Positions 19,592-30,213 of a stretch of 64,000 nucleotides of DNA are shown here, one piece after another. The DNA is taken from the IMG/VR virus record IMGVR_UViG_3300027286_000002, one strand, 5' to 3'. Each line of letters starts with the position of its first letter. The stretch's first letter is position 1. Source of the DNA: a virus (taxonomy: Duplodnaviria > Caudoviricetes). Under the pieces are notes generated by a model. It made no database searches. It saw nothing but the letters and a program-made list of their open reading frames with translations, and had not been told where the DNA came from. The translations under genes were made by a program, and so were the position numbers.

Positions 19592-21191
19592 CCTCTAGTA
19601 AGCCATTGAAAATATCTTTGAGTTCTGTATCAGATACTCCTTCTATCTTATCTGATTCTTCATCGTTTTTCAGTCTTTTACCTAAAACATTTTCAATTAA
19701 ATCCATTTTACTTGCTAAGGCTTTCATTACACGATCATCAATAGTCTTTGGACAAACTAAATGATAACAAAATACACGATCATGAATACTACCGATACGA
19801 ATCATTCTACCAATGATTTGAAGATAATCACCTGCACTCCATGGGGAGTCATAAAAGATAACTGCTTTAGCTAACTGTAAATTAATACCTTCTGCCGCCG
19901 CCATTGTAATCAAGACGACCTTTACATCAGAATTTTCATCTTGAAATGCCTCTTGTGATTTCTTTCTCTCATCATCCTTTTCACCACCTGTAATTCTTAC
20001 ACTCTTAATTTTCTTTGCTGTTAGTTCTCTTTCCAAAACATCTATCATCTTCCTAAACCTTGAAAAGATAATTACCTTTTCTCCATCTAGTTCATCTTCT
20101 AGTAACTCAAATAAAGCATCCATTTTGCCACTATCACCTGTCGCATCTACAAGTTCTAAATGGTTTACAATCTGTTGACAATACATAACTGCTGTGAGTT
20201 TTGTTACTTCCTTTTGTTTGATCTCACCTGATTCAGCATCATATTTTTCTAATAGACCACTTAATGCTTCTTTATATTTTGATCTTTGTTGATCAGATAA
20301 TTCACATTCAATTCTCTTAGTAGTCAATGGTGGCAATTCACTCGCTACTTCATGTTTTGGTCTACCTACAAAGAAAGGATCAATCTTTTCTTTAAATGCT
20401 TCAATATCAGATTTCCTATGACCTACTACAAACTTAATTCTCTTTCTACCTATTTGCTTATCTACACATACACAGTAATTAGACATGAATACATTCTTGC
20501 TAGGCATAAGTCCGGGGACAGTTACTTTATAGATTGCCCATGCTTCCATAAGTCTATTTTTAATAATAGTAGCTGATAAAGACCATACCTTTTCTGCACT
20601 ACCAGATAAATGAGAACAAACTTGATGGATTTGAGAAGTATCGTTTTTAAAAGCAGTTGCCTCGTCAAAGACCATAACATTACCTGTGATAGGTTGAATA
20701 ATATCAAAATCAATCACACCTGTTCTATAACCTAAAATAAGAACTTTAGTAGTAGTACAGGCAAAGTAAGCATCATAAACCTTTTGTCTTTTCTTTTTAT
20801 CTCCACTGACAACAAAACAAGAGATACTACCATTGGTAAATTTCTCAAATTCACTTGCCCATTGGTTTAGAGCAGATTTAGTAGTCATAATGACAGCAGG
20901 CATATCAGGTCTTTTTTCCCATACATAGCATAGAGATGCTATGGTTTGAATCGTTTTACCTAACCCCGTGTCATCGCCAAGTACAAATCGTGGCATTGCA
21001 AGTAAATGCAGAATGCCTTGTAATTGATAGTTTCTTAATGTTAAAGGTTTGCCATTTGCCAAATGAGTTCTCAAGAATGAGTTTGCAGGCATTTTGATTT
21101 CTTGTTTAACACGAACTTCTCTTAATTTTTCAATAGTAGCAAGTAGCTTTGGATCTTTTAAATAATTCATTTTTAAGTAGTCATCTTTCAA
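19572..21191 (-). CDS. SNF2-family helicase/ATPase
   Basis: LRNYQLQG, LGDDTGLGKT, VFDEAT, LSATIIKN, KVIIFS, AAAEGINLQ, DSPW....LQIIGRMIRIG. Confidence 0.9.
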   Translation of the reverse strand: MKDDYLKMNYLKDPKLLATIEKLREVRVKQEIKMPANSFLRTHLANGKPLTLRNYQLQGILHLLAMPRFVLGDDTGLGKTIQTIASLCYVWEKRPDMPAVIMTTKSALNQWASEFEKFTNGSISCFVVSGDKKKRQKVYDAYFACTTTKVLILGYRTGVIDFDIIQPITGNVMVFDEATAFKNDTSQIHQVCSHLSGSAEKVWSLSATIIKNRLMEAWAIYKVTVPGLMPSKNVFMSNYCVCVDKQIGRKRIKFVVGHRKSDIEAFKEKIDPFFVGRPKHEVASELPPLTTKRIECELSDQQRSKYKEALSGLLEKYDAESGEIKQKEVTKLTAVMYCQQIVNHLELVDATGDSGKMDALFELLEDELDGEKVIIFSRFRKMIDVLERELTAKKIKSVRITGGEKDDERKKSQEAFQDENSDVKVVLITMAAAEGINLQLAKAVIFYDSPWSAGDYLQIIGRMIRIGSIHDRVFCYHLVCPKTIDDRVMKALASKMDLIENVLGKRLKNDEESDKIEGVSDTELKDIFNGLLEDAKDNG

Positions 21192-21242
21192 AGTGATAAT
21201 GAATGATCTACTTATAAGATATTTATCTATGCTTTACATCTA

Positions 21243-21689
21243 TTAAAGCACTTGTTTTTTTACAACACCTGTCATTGGTTTCCAAGTCAAAATAATATTA
21301 AACAGGATAGCATATTCAGTAGCTAGTGGTCTATTAGAATGTAAAAGTTTAAATGTTTGTTCTTGAATATAATCTGACTTGATATTAATTTGTTTTTGTT
21401 TTTCTTTAAGCCATGTTTTTTGAATCCATTTAATAATTTTACGAACAGCTGTGATTGCTCTTAAATAGATATCACCTGTATAGACAGGTTTTCTCTTAAT
21501 AGTACCATATTTAAGTTTAGCTATTCTAGTTAGCATAATATATGCTTGTGTTTGCTCGGATTTACCAACCTTTCTTTTAATAAAGAAGTACCAAGCAACA
21601 TTTGCTGAATCGGCATCACGACCAAAAAACTCTAAAATAAACTTAAACAGTTCATCTGTTTCAACATCTGTAAATTTAAAAATATCCAT
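21243..21689 (-). CDS. Hypothetical basic protein
   Basis: ORF in a minus-strand cluster. Confidence 0.65.
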   Translation of the reverse strand: MDIFKFTDVETDELFKFILEFFGRDADSANVAWYFFIKRKVGKSEQTQAYIMLTRIAKLKYGTIKRKPVYTGDIYLRAITAVRKIIKWIQKTWLKEKQKQINIKSDYIQEQTFKLLHSNRPLATEYAILFNIILTWKPMTGVVKKQVL

Positions 21690-21690
21690 T

Positions 21691-22155
21691 TTAACCTACC
21701 ATCCTTAGTCCAAGTTTGTTAATAAGTCTAATGTATAAATTCTTTACTTCGATTGCGACTTCTTTGCTTTTTGGATGATCTGCTTGATCTAAAGCACCTT
21801 CCCAATCACCTGCTAATAAAAGTTGAATGACTACATCACCATTCATTGGTTCATGAATCATGATCTTATTTCTTCTTTTTTCATTTAGAATTGTAGCAAT
21901 AATTCTATCTCTTGCTTGTTTTACTCTTGCACTATGCTTTTGAATATTGCCTATCAATATTCTACAGGTTTCATTTGATGCCATCTTAATAGCTGTATCA
22001 TAATCATTTGCCATTAAGACATCTACAATCTTTGGATCATCAAACTTTTCAATCGTAGCATATATATCTAATAAGGTTGCTATATTGTCTTCAGCATTTC
22101 TTGTAGGTAAAGAATGTGTTGAATATCCACCATAGGCTTTTTCTGATCTGTTCAT
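21691..22155 (-). CDS. Hypothetical protein
   Basis: AAAGGAG RBS; internal helical repeat (VLMANDYDTA / LLLAGDWEGA). Confidence 0.75.
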   Translation of the reverse strand: MNRSEKAYGGYSTHSLPTRNAEDNIATLLDIYATIEKFDDPKIVDVLMANDYDTAIKMASNETCRILIGNIQKHSARVKQARDRIIATILNEKRRNKIMIHEPMNGDVVIQLLLAGDWEGALDQADHPKSKEVAIEVKNLYIRLINKLGLRMVG

Positions 22156-22251
22156 TTTAAAACTCCTTTATGCAAAAGTAGTTTTCAATAAATATTTTAT
22201 TATTTTCTTAAGTATTAAATACTCTAATTTCAGAAAAAAGGATAGATCACC

Positions 22252-23025
22252 ATGTCTAAGAATCCAGATCAAAATCCACAAAATGTGGGTGGCTTTGATA
22301 TGCAAGGTACTAGCGAACTTTACAAATTTAATACATCACCAAATACTCGTGTTGCTCTTTCTCAAAAGGTAAGAATCCTAGCACCTACTTATGGTAAAAC
22401 AGGACAAACTGCTTTAAAGAAATATCAGTTAGGTGTTGTAGAAACTTTTTCTTATGAAGGTAATAGTAGATCTACAGAAGCTAGAAGAGGTATTGGTTTT
22501 GGTGATCAGATTGCAGAACTTGTACCCGGGCTCACTGATCCACCAACCATTTCTTTCACTCGTGCTTTATTTTATTTATCTAATGCTTTCCAAACGATTG
22601 GTTTTGCAGGTGGTGTAGACGGACCCGTAAGAAGTGTTAAGCATACTCGCTGGCCCTTTGATGTTGAAGAACAACTTGTGTTTAGTGATATTGCAGATAA
22701 TGAATCAGATGGTACAGATGGCAATACATATACTCAAGGTATTGTTAATGTAGATTACTCTGCTCAAAATGTTACTGAACCTGATGTCTCAGCATTTAGA
22801 TATTCTAAAAAAGTACACAAAGCTATTTTAACTTATTTTGAAACCTGTTGGTTGCACTCTATTGATCACTCTGTTGATATTAGTTCTGCACATATTATGG
22901 AAAATGTTGCTTGTGGTGTTACAGATGTACACGATGGTCTTTCTACTTATGGTGAGTTCTTATCTACAGGTAATAATCCTTATCTTGGTCAAGTTGCATC
23001 TAAACGATTCCCTGCATCTCGTTGA
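22252..23025 (+). CDS. Probable tail tube protein
   Basis: First gene of the tail operon; GVVETFS...RGIG...ELVPG...TISFTR beta-rich tube-like pattern. Confidence 0.55.
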   Translation: MSKNPDQNPQNVGGFDMQGTSELYKFNTSPNTRVALSQKVRILAPTYGKTGQTALKKYQLGVVETFSYEGNSRSTEARRGIGFGDQIAELVPGLTDPPTISFTRALFYLSNAFQTIGFAGGVDGPVRSVKHTRWPFDVEEQLVFSDIADNESDGTDGNTYTQGIVNVDYSAQNVTEPDVSAFRYSKKVHKAILTYFETCWLHSIDHSVDISSAHIMENVACGVTDVHDGLSTYGEFLSTGNNPYLGQVASKRFPASR

Positions 23026-23075
23026 TAATTTTATTGTATGATATAGATGACGATCTATAAAGGGAGAATATAAAT

Positions 23076-23681
23076 ATGTTTTTAAATGAAATCGCATCTG
23101 CATTTGATGATCTTATTAAAATTGGTAATCTCGAAAGACAAGTTACTATTGGCAATATTTCTTTAGTGCTTAAAACACTCACACCAGCTGATGAAATTGA
23201 AATCCAAAAAGTCATTAGTGCTTTTAGAAATGATGATACACTCGCAGTTGAGTTTATTGATGTGTTTAGAAAAGAAACTCTTTCAAGAGCAATCATTGAA
23301 GTGAATGGTAAAAATCTAAGAAATCTCACAGTCATTGAAACTGAAGAAAATTTAGATAATGGTGTTTCCATTAAGATCACCAAACAAGAAGCTATTATGA
23401 AAATGCTTGATAAATTACCTAAAGGTATTCTTGCACACCTGTTTAATGAAATGACTGCTTTAACAGAGCAATCTGAAAAACAAGTGGAAAGTTTATTGCA
23501 GGTTAAAGAAAAAGATAATCTTGTTGAGGCAGATTTATTAGAAAATAGAGCAAATACTTTAAGACAACAAGAAATTCAGAAAAAGAATGAAGAAAAGACC
23601 AAGCAAAGTTTGGCAACTTTAAATAATATTAAGCAACCAAATTTTAGTGATGCTTTAAAGGAAATCGGATCTGTTGAATAA
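23076..23681 (+). CDS. Probable tail assembly chaperone
   Basis: Between tube and tape measure; LVLKTLTPADE...LSRAIIEVNG...LFNEM pattern. Confidence 0.55.
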   Translation: MFLNEIASAFDDLIKIGNLERQVTIGNISLVLKTLTPADEIEIQKVISAFRNDDTLAVEFIDVFRKETLSRAIIEVNGKNLRNLTVIETEENLDNGVSIKITKQEAIMKMLDKLPKGILAHLFNEMTALTEQSEKQVESLLQVKEKDNLVEADLLENRANTLRQQEIQKKNEEKTKQSLATLNNIKQPNFSDALKEIGSVE

Positions 23682-23683
23682 AA

Positions 23684-24742
23684 ATGATAGATCATTATCA
23701 AGATTTAAGACAAGTCATTGAATATGGCTTTCTTTCTTTTAAAATACTTATCAATCACAGATATATTACTTTCAGATCACCATCTCTTAAAGATTTTGAA
23801 TTGATGGAATCTTATTCTTTAAGATCTGTAAGAGATATTATTCTTATCGCAAGGTGTATCTATTCTATTGGTTATGTCAAAATCAATCAAGACAGAGATT
23901 TCTATCAAATGATAGAATTTTGTAAAACCATTCCTATGTCATGTTTTAATAAGATTGTGCTTTATATATATGCAATCACTAATCGTTTAAGAAATGCAGG
24001 TATTTTACTTGAAGGATTTTGCTATGAAACTGAATCAAGACAGCTTTGGAAAACTTGGATGTCTAAAAATAGATTTCAAAAAGAAGTATCTGATGGTGCT
24101 TTTGATACTTTGCAACTCGCTTGGATTATATGGAATGAAAGTGAAGATTTAAAAGCTATAGAAGATTCACATTGGCAAAGGTCATTATTTGTAGCTAGTG
24201 CTATGGCATCAGGTGTAGATAAAATTAAAGCCAAATGGAAAAATCAAGAAGAATTGGAAAACAAGAGAAGAGAAGAAGTAAAGAAATATGCTCGCATGGG
24301 AAAACCTATGCCTAAAGATGCTAAAGGAGCTGTCCTAGATCAAAATGAAAAATTGATTGAAGAAATGAGAAGGTGGTTAGCTGGTGAAGAAGATGAACAT
24401 GATAAAGTGATTAGAGAACATAAAGAATTTATGAAAGAGCAAATCACTAAAGCTAAAACCTATGCAGAAGAACAAAGACAAATTGCTATTGAGAAAAAGG
24501 AAGAAATACAAGCTATACCATTGGTTGGTTATTCCTTAGATGATATAAAACAAAAGACAGGTGGAATAACACAATCAACAACAATAGGTGTGCATTTAAG
24601 TAAAGACAATGAAAAAGTATTAAATAAAATTATGGCAGATGCTCTTGTACCTGAGCCTTTAAATCCTGAACAAGATTCAATTTTCAATCAATCAAAAACA
24701 TCATTAATGGATAAAATTACACAAAGGCAACCAAAGATATAG
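23684..24742 (+). CDS. Probable second tail assembly chaperone / pre-tape-measure protein
   Basis: Position directly before tape measure; N-terminus similar in style to 23076; coiled-coil C-terminus. Confidence 0.45.
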   Translation: MIDHYQDLRQVIEYGFLSFKILINHRYITFRSPSLKDFELMESYSLRSVRDIILIARCIYSIGYVKINQDRDFYQMIEFCKTIPMSCFNKIVLYIYAITNRLRNAGILLEGFCYETESRQLWKTWMSKNRFQKEVSDGAFDTLQLAWIIWNESEDLKAIEDSHWQRSLFVASAMASGVDKIKAKWKNQEELENKRREEVKKYARMGKPMPKDAKGAVLDQNEKLIEEMRRWLAGEEDEHDKVIREHKEFMKEQITKAKTYAEEQRQIAIEKKEEIQAIPLVGYSLDDIKQKTGGITQSTTIGVHLSKDNEKVLNKIMADALVPEPLNPEQDSIFNQSKTSLMDKITQRQPKI

Positions 24743-24751
24743 GTAAAGAAC

Positions 24752-27700
24752 ATGGCAATTCCAAAGATGCAAATGACAATGGATCAGCTGAAAGATCTAA
24801 CCAAAAAAATTTCTGATACCGATAAAAGTCTTTTAGGTGTGATGAATACTATTGTGCATCAAGCAGAACTTGTGAAAAAAGCATCTGCTAATTTTAATGA
24901 TACTCTTGCTAAAGTGAATAGTAGAACTTTAGGTGATTATGAAGCTCAAAAGAAAAAACTAAAAGAAATCAATAAAATCAATAAGGATTTCCAAAAATCC
25001 GAAATGGAAATTTTAAATAATATCAAAAACCTTCAAGCAGTAGGATCTAAAGAATCAAGAAAACAAATCATTGAACAAAGACTTGAATTAAAGAATTTAC
25101 AAAAAGAACATGAAAAAATGTTTAATACTCAAAGGAGAGCATATGAAGAAATTGCCAAACAGAATTTAAAGATCATTAAAGACTTTGAAGATGGTATTGA
25201 AGAAATTAATCAAAATTTAGATAGTGCTTTTAAAGATGGAAATCTTTTCAAACAAATTTCTTCAATAGGTAGCGAATTACAAGAAGTTATAGAAACTGCT
25301 ATGGATGGTGGTATTGCAGGAATGGAAAAAATCCTATCATCTTCTTTAGGTGGCATCACTAAAGTCTTTCAAATAAGAGCATTAAAACTAGCTGAACAAG
25401 GTAAAAAAGATTTAGCTAGAATTACTGAATTAAAAAAAAGAGGTGCTAAATCAGGTGGTTCATCCGATGATGATAAAGAACTTACTACATTAGAATCAAG
25501 TAGAGTTAGTTCTGAAAAAGATGCTACAGGTATGTTAGCTATGAGTAAAGGTATGCAGATGCTTTCTGTAGGTGTAATGGGTGTTGTCACTGCCTTTAAA
25601 ATGATGATTGATGCTGAATCTAAAGTTAAAGAATTTAATAAAGATATGTTGAACGATGCAGGTGGTTCTTTATCTTTTCTTAAACATAGTCAAGAAGGTT
25701 TAGCTAGTAGTTTAAATACCTATCGTGAAGGTTTTGCTAAAATGGCAAACACTGTAGGTATGAAAGCTGATGAGATCAAATCTCAATTTATTGCTCTACA
25801 AGACACTACTTTCTTCAATAAAGAAACACTTAAAGATTTTGATGGTTTTGAAAGAGCATTTAAAACACTATCTACTTATTCTAAAGGTCTTGGTCTTTCT
25901 ATTTCTGAAACAACAGAAATTGCTGAATCTTTTGTTGATAGTATGGCTATCGATACATCTACACAAGATGGTATGGAAACTTTATCTTCTGCTTTTCAAA
26001 GTATTGGTTTCTTTGCAAGCAAATCTAATATCTCTACCAAAGCATTTACCAACCAGCTTAAAGAGGCTAATGCTAAATCTACTAGCTTTAATAAGTCTAT
26101 TGTTCAAACTGCATCTGTTATGTTTAAAGTTAATAAAGCATTAGGTGCAAATCGAGCAAAAGACTTCTTTGAAGGATTTGAGGATCAAAAAGAAAAAGAA
26201 TATGCAGATCTTATTAAAAACCTTGCAATGGCTGGAGGTCCCGCAAGCGAAACGATGCAAAAAATTATGCGACAAAATGCTATTACAAGTGCAGGTGGTC
26301 TTCAAAAAGCAATTAGCAGTGATGAAGAAAAAAAAGCATTTGAAAAAGCATCTAAAGAATCAGGTTTAAATCTCGATCTCACTAAAAGTAATGAAGAAAT
26401 TATGACACAATTACAAGGTGTTGATCTAACAAGCGATGCTTTTGTTAAATTCATAAGTACTTTAGAAGATTCAGGTATTGGTAATGCCTCTGCTTTAATT
26501 GAAAAAGTACAAGCAGGTGTTAGATCTGCTCAAGGTGTTGGTAAAGATAAAGGATTTGAAGAACAATCATTAGCTTTAAGAGAACTTTCTATGGGTGGTC
26601 AATATGCAATGAAATTTGCTGAAGCAAAAGCTATTATTGAAACAGGTGCAGGTAAAGGTAAAACAATTAGTCAATTAGATGAAAAAGTTTTAGAAACAGT
26701 TAAAACTGCTCTCAAAGGTCAAGGCAAAACTGAAAAAGAAATCAATACTTTAATTTCTTTAGATCAAAGAGCAAGAGGTGATTTTAGCAAAGCACAAGAA
26801 ATCCAAGCTAAATATGCAAGTGCTAGTGCTGAGGACAAACAAAAAATGGATGAAGATTTAGCTAAAATGGGTTTAATGATGAATGCTCAAGGTGAACTTG
26901 TTACTAAAAATACACAGCAACTCGTTAAATCTACTGAAGATATGTATGTCGCAACAGGTGAAATTTTTAGTGAGGAACAAAAAGCAAGAGAACCTAAAGT
27001 TAAATCTGAACAGGATCTTATGAAAGATCAAATAGATGCTACTTGGGGTATGGGTGATCGTCTTGAAGCTACCTTCGGTGTTTATCTTGAACAGCTTAAT
27101 ACTTATGTTGCTAAAATCTTATCTTATATTTCATCTTGGTTTGGCACTCAAACAAATCAAGAAATGAAAACTCAACAAAGACTACAAGAAGAAAAAATTG
27201 ACCAACAAAAGCGATACGATAAACAAATTAAAGAAGAAACAGATAAAATCGCTCAACTTAAAAAGACAGGTGGCAGTGCAGATGAAGTTGCGAAAAGTGA
27301 AAAAAGAATTGCTGAACTTTCTAAACTTAAAGAATCTAGTCAAAGCGAACTAGAACTTCTACAAAAAGGTGCTACTTTATTAGGAAATAAAAAACAACAA
27401 GAACTCCAACTTGCTACTACTAAAAGAGATGTTGCTAGTAAAGCATTTGGTGCTGGCACAGCAGGTGCTAAATTAGGTGCTTTAAAAGAAAGTTTAGGCA
27501 AATCTACAGATCAAGAAGTTTTAGATTTATTAGATGAAATGAGAGATATTTATGAAAACAAAGATGATGAAGATGCTACTGAAGAAGAATTAAAAAAACT
27601 TGCTGACTTTGAAGAAAAAGTTAAAGCATCAGGTCTACAATTACAACTCGATTCTACTTTAGGTACTGAATATGCTAAAATCTTTGATGATCAAGGTAGA

Positions 27701-28522
27701 GCTTTATTTGAATCTATTGAAGGTTATATGAGTGATACAAATAAAGTGAACACGGATGTTTTACATAAAGAACTTCTTAGTTCACAAAATAATCAAAAAG
27801 AAATTTCAGGTTTCTTTGAAGAAATTGGTGCTAAAACTCAAGAGGATGCTCTAAAAATATTAGAGTCTTATCGTAGTGATATTTTAGAGCAAGAAAATGA
27901 TCCTTACTTTAATAAACTTACTAAAGAACAGGAAGAACAAAAAAAGAAAATTGAAGATGCTATGAAAAAGCATGGCATCCAAACTAATTTTGAATCCGAT
28001 TATCTAACTTCAAATTTATCCTTATCTAAAGGCGATGAAAAGTTTCTTCGAACAAGTCATGGTGAAGGTCAATATGTATCAGACACAATGAAAGATGTTT
28101 TTAATCCAGCTTTATTTGCTAAAGCACAAACAGAAGAAAATAAAAAAAATAGAAAAGAAACTGTCGATACTACTGCTGAAGGTATTCAACAAGGTTTAGA
28201 AAAACACGAACTTAGTAAAACTCAATTTGATGCAAGTGGCAATCCTATACCTGCTCTACCTATGCAGGATTTTATTTGGCGAGAAAAAGGTGGTCTACAA
28301 TCATTCTCACCTCAAGATAATGTCATTGGTTTTAAAGATCAAGGTAAAATGGGTTCTGCTATCAATTCTATGATGGCAGGCAATACTACTAATAATAACA
28401 ATAATGCTCGTGCTATGTTTAATATCAATATCAATGGTGGTAATAAAGATGAAGTTCTTAAAACTATTACTGATGCTCTTAAAAGAGCAGGTGTTGTTAC
28501 TGAACGAACTTCTTATGCTTAA
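24752..28522 (+). CDS. Tape measure protein
   Basis: 1256 aa helical/coiled-coil, central hydrophobic segment, C-terminal FSPQDNVIG...FNININGG; position in the tail operon. Confidence 0.75.
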   Translation: MAIPKMQMTMDQLKDLTKKISDTDKSLLGVMNTIVHQAELVKKASANFNDTLAKVNSRTLGDYEAQKKKLKEINKINKDFQKSEMEILNNIKNLQAVGSKESRKQIIEQRLELKNLQKEHEKMFNTQRRAYEEIAKQNLKIIKDFEDGIEEINQNLDSAFKDGNLFKQISSIGSELQEVIETAMDGGIAGMEKILSSSLGGITKVFQIRALKLAEQGKKDLARITELKKRGAKSGGSSDDDKELTTLESSRVSSEKDATGMLAMSKGMQMLSVGVMGVVTAFKMMIDAESKVKEFNKDMLNDAGGSLSFLKHSQEGLASSLNTYREGFAKMANTVGMKADEIKSQFIALQDTTFFNKETLKDFDGFERAFKTLSTYSKGLGLSISETTEIAESFVDSMAIDTSTQDGMETLSSAFQSIGFFASKSNISTKAFTNQLKEANAKSTSFNKSIVQTASVMFKVNKALGANRAKDFFEGFEDQKEKEYADLIKNLAMAGGPASETMQKIMRQNAITSAGGLQKAISSDEEKKAFEKASKESGLNLDLTKSNEEIMTQLQGVDLTSDAFVKFISTLEDSGIGNASALIEKVQAGVRSAQGVGKDKGFEEQSLALRELSMGGQYAMKFAEAKAIIETGAGKGKTISQLDEKVLETVKTALKGQGKTEKEINTLISLDQRARGDFSKAQEIQAKYASASAEDKQKMDEDLAKMGLMMNAQGELVTKNTQQLVKSTEDMYVATGEIFSEEQKAREPKVKSEQDLMKDQIDATWGMGDRLEATFGVYLEQLNTYVAKILSYISSWFGTQTNQEMKTQQRLQEEKIDQQKRYDKQIKEETDKIAQLKKTGGSADEVAKSEKRIAELSKLKESSQSELELLQKGATLLGNKKQQELQLATTKRDVASKAFGAGTAGAKLGALKESLGKSTDQEVLDLLDEMRDIYENKDDEDATEEELKKLADFEEKVKASGLQLQLDSTLGTEYAKIFDDQGRALFESIEGYMSDTNKVNTDVLHKELLSSQNNQKEISGFFEEIGAKTQEDALKILESYRSDILEQENDPYFNKLTKEQEEQKKKIEDAMKKHGIQTNFESDYLTSNLSLSKGDEKFLRTSHGEGQYVSDTMKDVFNPALFAKAQTEENKKNRKETVDTTAEGIQQGLEKHELSKTQFDASGNPIPALPMQDFIWREKGGLQSFSPQDNVIGFKDQGKMGSAINSMMAGNTTNNNNNARAMFNININGGNKDEVLKTITDALKRAGVVTERTSYA

Positions 28523-28544
28523 TAGAAAGAAAGGATATGTTTAA

Positions 28545-29141
28545 ATGCCTAGCTTAAATGATCTTAATAATGGATCAGGTGTTAGACCTGTCATTTTTGA
28601 TATTGTTGCTCCTGATGGATACACTTCTCTCTTAAATGATGGTCAATCTGATCTTAGACTTGTTCTTCAAGTCAATCCATCCAATCTTAAATTCTCTTAC
28701 ACTAAAAAAATCACTCGTACTCAAACCTTTGGTGGATTTATTGAAACTCATTGGGGCGATGAACCTATCACCACTAATATCGAAACTGCTACAGGTGGTT
28801 TTATCCGTGTAGGTACAGGTACATCTGCTATCACAGGTGCTGTTCCTAGTGTAGGTGGTTCTAATTTAGATACAGGTACTCGAATGGATACTCTTGCCTA
28901 TGATAAATATTTAGATTTCCTTGCTCTATTCCATAACAATGGTGCTTTATATGATGCCTTTGGCAATATTGTTGTGCATGGTAGAATTAAAATGTCTTTT
29001 AATGGTGGTACATGGTTTGGTTGGTTTCAAACCTTTACTGTTACTGATAGTATTGAAACTCCATATAGCTTTGCTTTAAGTGCAGGCTTTCAAATCGAAA
29101 GAGAAGTACATGAAATCCGAACTCAAATGGGAGGTTTTTAA
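28545..29141 (+). CDS. Tube-like baseplate/tail initiator protein
   Basis: VNPSNL..Y.K....QT.GG....WGDE motif, follows tape measure; paralogous to 29145. Confidence 0.6.
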   Translation: MPSLNDLNNGSGVRPVIFDIVAPDGYTSLLNDGQSDLRLVLQVNPSNLKFSYTKKITRTQTFGGFIETHWGDEPITTNIETATGGFIRVGTGTSAITGAVPSVGGSNLDTGTRMDTLAYDKYLDFLALFHNNGALYDAFGNIVVHGRIKMSFNGGTWFGWFQTFTVTDSIETPYSFALSAGFQIEREVHEIRTQMGGF

Positions 29142-29144
29142 AAT

Positions 29145-30212
29145 ATGAAACCTACTCTTGATATTAGTCAATTTTCCCAATTGGCAACAGGTGAACTCTT
29201 TCAAATGTATAGCAATGAAGTATCTAATGGTGGTTATCCTGTAGATACTGCTGATCCTGTTGCTCGTTCTTATTCACCTTTTGTTATGTATATCGAACCA
29301 CCTGCTATTATCTTTCCTAAAACAATAAGAAAACAAAGTGAAATCTCTTCTACTAAAATCCCACCTTTTGCATCACCTTTAAGAAATAGAGCATATCTAG
29401 CTACTAATGTTAATAGTCTTAATGGTGCATCTATTTCTTCTAATGCTAAAAATCCTATTTACTCTTTTAATAGTCAAGTTACTGAAAATAATACTTCTCA
29501 AGCTGGTCTTTCAGATCGTTTAATGGCTTTAGATATTGTAGATCAATTTAAACAATTAAGAGATTTGCCACCACTCGTCTTTCTTTCTAATCCACAATCA
29601 CTAGGCTTAACCTTTACTAAAGTCCAACAATATTCCGAACGAACTAGATTTGGTTATGTTTTTCAAGCATGGGGTGAAGATTTACCTGATCTCGATATTC
29701 AATGCAAATCAGGTGCTTTTATTGCCTATGGTGATCCAAGTAAAACTGCCACAGGTTTGCAATTCGCATCTATGAGAGATAGTGCCAGCTTTAGACAAAT
29801 ACTTGCTATCCTTGCCATGTATCGTAATGGTGCTACCATCCGTGATCGTGTTGGTAGATCTGAAATGATACATGAAGTTGGTCGCTTTGTTATTGAATAT
29901 GATGGTACTAGATATAAAGGCAGTCTTGAATCCTTTGACTATGGTTATGATGAAGCACAAATGCTTGGTGGTATGGATTTTAACTTTAAAATGAAAGTTC
30001 ATGAAATGACTTATTTTGAGCCTACTAAAGCACAAAATACTGCCACACCTAAAACAAATCTTGATGCTGATAAAATAGAACTTACTCAAAACGATATTAT
30101 TGAGGATAACCAAACTACTAAACCTGTTGGATCAGGTGTTTTACTTCCTACAGAGCAAAGCCAACAAACTCAAGTCAATGCTTTGTTTACTTCATCCCAA
30201 CAAGGACAATAA
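29145..30212 (+). CDS. Second tube-like baseplate/tail initiator protein
   Basis: SNPQSL..F.K.....RT.FG....WGED aligns with 28545. Confidence 0.55.
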   Translation: MKPTLDISQFSQLATGELFQMYSNEVSNGGYPVDTADPVARSYSPFVMYIEPPAIIFPKTIRKQSEISSTKIPPFASPLRNRAYLATNVNSLNGASISSNAKNPIYSFNSQVTENNTSQAGLSDRLMALDIVDQFKQLRDLPPLVFLSNPQSLGLTFTKVQQYSERTRFGYVFQAWGEDLPDLDIQCKSGAFIAYGDPSKTATGLQFASMRDSASFRQILAILAMYRNGATIRDRVGRSEMIHEVGRFVIEYDGTRYKGSLESFDYGYDEAQMLGGMDFNFKMKVHEMTYFEPTKAQNTATPKTNLDADKIELTQNDIIEDNQTTKPVGSGVLLPTEQSQQTQVNALFTSSQQGQ

Positions 30213-30213
30213 C

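Noticed and set aside
23560-23700. Programmed -1 frameshift joining the two tail chaperone ORFs
   Set aside because: No convincing XXXYYYZ slippery heptamer near the end of 23076; the second ORF has its own ATG just after the stop
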